Below, one piece after another: positions 22,455-24,000 of a stretch of DNA of 24,000 nt. How positions within the stretch are numbered: position 1 is the first letter of the stretch; the number at the start of each line of letters is the position of its first letter. The notes under the pieces are model-generated. The model worked only from the letters and a program-made list of their open reading frames with translations, was not told the origin of the DNA and ran no database searches. The position numbers and the translations under genes are program-made. Origin of the DNA: an uncultured Nitrosopumilaceae archaeon (GTDB lineage Archaea; Thermoproteota; Nitrososphaeria; Nitrososphaerales; Nitrosopumilaceae); assembly GCA_964480245.1 (NCBI GenBank), contig CAYZOW010000005.1, positions 30,991 to 54,990 of the forward strand, given 5' to 3'.

Positions 22455-24000
22455 ATGAGCCAGAATACTCTTTCCCTTAAAGTACTTGAAGCATATACTC
22501 GTGATGTTGGTAGAGGTGTTGCACGTATTGATTATGATTCTATGGACTCACTTAGTGCATCAACTGGTGATGTCATAGAAATTAAAGGAAAGAGAAGAAC
22601 TGTTGCAAAATGTCTCCCCCTTTATCCGTCCGATGAGGGAAAGGGAATTATTCGAGTTGACGGACTTGTACGAAACAACGCAGGAATAGCAATAGGTGAT
22701 ACGGTTGCGGTACGAAAGATAAAGGCAGTTGCTGCAGAAAAGGTTGTAGTAGCACCACTTGAAGCTATTCCTCCAATAGATGAAAGATATCTAGCAGACG
22801 CATTAGAAAGTGTTCCCCTGATCAAAGGCGACAATGTAATGGTCCCCTACTTTGGTGGAAGATTGACTTTCCAAGTAATTGGTGTTACACCTGCGGCAGA
22901 TGCAGTTCTTGTGACTCAAAAAACGGTATTTCATATCGCTGAAAAAGGAGAGACTCTTCGTGGAGTTCCACAGGTAACCTATGAAGATATTGGCGGTTTA
23001 ACTGATGAAATTAAAAAAGTTCGTGAGATGATTGAGCTTCCTTTAAGACATCCGGAGATTTTTGAAAAACTTGGAATTGAAGCTCCAAAAGGAGTATTAC
23101 TTTATGGACCACCTGGTACTGGTAAGACACTTTTAGCAAAAGCAGTTGCAAATGAAAGTAATGCGCACTTTATCAGCATCTCTGGTCCTGAAATCATGAG
23201 CAAATTCTATGGAGAAAGCGAAGCAAGACTAAGAGAAATTTTCAAGGAGGCAAGAGAAAAATCCCCTTCTATCATTTTCATTGATGAAATCGATTCAATA
23301 GCTCCAAAGAGGGAGGAGGTAACAGGTGAGGTTGAAAGAAGGGTTGTGTCCCAGATGCTTTCACTTATGGATGGTTTAGAGGCAAGAGGCAAGGTAATTG
23401 TCATAGCTGCTACAAACAGACCAAACGCATTAGATCCAGCCCTTAGAAGACCGGGAAGATTTGACAGGGAAATCGAGATTAGAGTACCAGACAAAAAGGG
23501 AAGAAAGGACATTCTTATGATACACACAAGAAACATGCCACTGACTGAAGATGTGAACTTGGAAAAAATTGCTGCAATCAGCCATGGCTATGTAGGTGCA
23601 GACTTGGAATATCTTTGCAAAGAGGCTGCTATGAAGTGTTTAAGAAGACTCTTACCAGAGCTTAATCTTGAAGATGAAAAACTTCCGCCTGAAACTCTAG
23701 ATAAGCTTATTGTAAATGGGGATGATTATCAAAATGCACTAAGGGAAATCACGCCGTCTGGAATGCGTGAAGTCTTCATTGAAAACCCCGATGTAAGCTG
23801 GGACGAAGTAGGTGGACTAGAAAATGTAAAGCGTGAACTACAAGAGGCCGTAGAATGGCCAATGAAATATCCCACACTTTACTCTAAGCTTGGTCATAGA
23901 ATGCCGCGAGGAATTTTGCTTCACGGCCCAAGTGGAACTGGAAAGACACTCTTAGCAAAAGCAGTGGCAACAGAAAGTGAAGCTAACTTCATTACAGTAA
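22455..24000 (+). CDS. cdc48: CDC48/VCP/p97-type AAA+ ATPase, 5' partial (continues past window end)
   Basis: My translation from the ATG at 22455 is [33 protein letters not shown]...[13 protein letters not shown] (the CDC48 N-domain). The D1 Walker A reads [21 protein letters not shown] and Walker B reads IIFIDEIDS. The D2 Walker A reads [21 protein letters not shown] near 23925. There is no stop before 24000, so it is absent from the ORF track. Confidence 0.95.
   Translation, partial: MSQNTLSLKVLEAYTRDVGRGVARIDYDSMDSLSASTGDVIEIKGKRRTVAKCLPLYPSDEGKGIIRVDGLVRNNAGIAIGDTVAVRKIKAVAAEKVVVAPLEAIPPIDERYLADALESVPLIKGDNVMVPYFGGRLTFQVIGVTPAADAVLVTQKTVFHIAEKGETLRGVPQVTYEDIGGLTDEIKKVREMIELPLRHPEIFEKLGIEAPKGVLLYGPPGTGKTLLAKAVANESNAHFISISGPEIMSKFYGESEARLREIFKEAREKSPSIIFIDEIDSIAPKREEVTGEVERRVVSQMLSLMDGLEARGKVIVIAATNRPNALDPALRRPGRFDREIEIRVPDKKGRKDILMIHTRNMPLTEDVNLEKIAAISHGYVGADLEYLCKEAAMKCLRRLLPELNLEDEKLPPETLDKLIVNGDDYQNALREITPSGMREVFIENPDVSWDEVGGLENVKRELQEAVEWPMKYPTLYSKLGHRMPRGILLHGPSGTGKTLLAKAVATESEANFITV

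Noticed and set aside
1-24000. Searched for CRISPR repeats, tandem or direct repeats bounding the island, transposases or integrases, tRNA or rRNA genes, and toxin-antitoxin or known defence-system signatures.
   Set aside because: I found no regularly spaced repeats, no tRNA-like G+C-rich cloverleaf segments, and no recombinase or nuclease motifs in any frame. Long-range imperfect repeats cannot be excluded without a computational self-alignment.

Overview
AT-rich archaeal chromosome segment. Pelota, CDC48/VCP, archaeal-type uL2, a ~316-nt 7S SRP RNA and a TrmB regulator indicate an archaeon. A marine Nitrosopumilus-like thaumarchaeon is my best guess, by inference only. No tRNA, rRNA, CRISPR array, transposase or integrase was seen.

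The window splits in two. (1) Positions 1 to ~12.6 kb form a very AT-rich cell-envelope glycosylation island. It holds three extended-SDR sugar-nucleotide enzymes (one truncated at the window edge), two DegT-fold enzymes, two GT4 and one GT2 glycosyltransferases, a MOP-type flippase, a large GT-C-like membrane protein and a cobalamin-type radical SAM enzyme. (2) From ~12.7 kb onward the genes are core housekeeping with visibly higher G+C. They are a Tes/GDGT-MAS-like radical SAM enzyme, TrmB and DtxR/MntR regulators, a frameshifted YjbQ/UPF0047 gene, Pelota, CutA, an M50 site-2 protease with PDZ domain, a PP-loop tRNA thiolation enzyme, SRP RNA, acylphosphatase, a stand-alone uL2 gene and the 5' part of CDC48.

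Most noteworthy:
- One DegT-fold protein has His at the Schiff-base Lys position (ColD/E1 sugar 3-dehydratase signature). It lies between a Thr-x-Glu SDR and a GDP-fucose-synthase-like SDR, which predicts a 3,6-dideoxyhexose (colitose-like) pathway.
- Directly downstream is a polyprenyl-P-sugar-synthase-like GT2, then a flippase, then a GT-C protein: a make/flip/attach module.
- A minus-strand block runs aminotransferase, B12 radical SAM, GT4, Tes-like radical SAM. It could act on glycans or on tetraether lipids.
- An unannotated 51-aa Cys-rich ORF lies downstream of the metal regulator.
- A YjbQ gene is broken at an A6 homopolymer.

All functional calls come from motif recognition by eye, not database searches.
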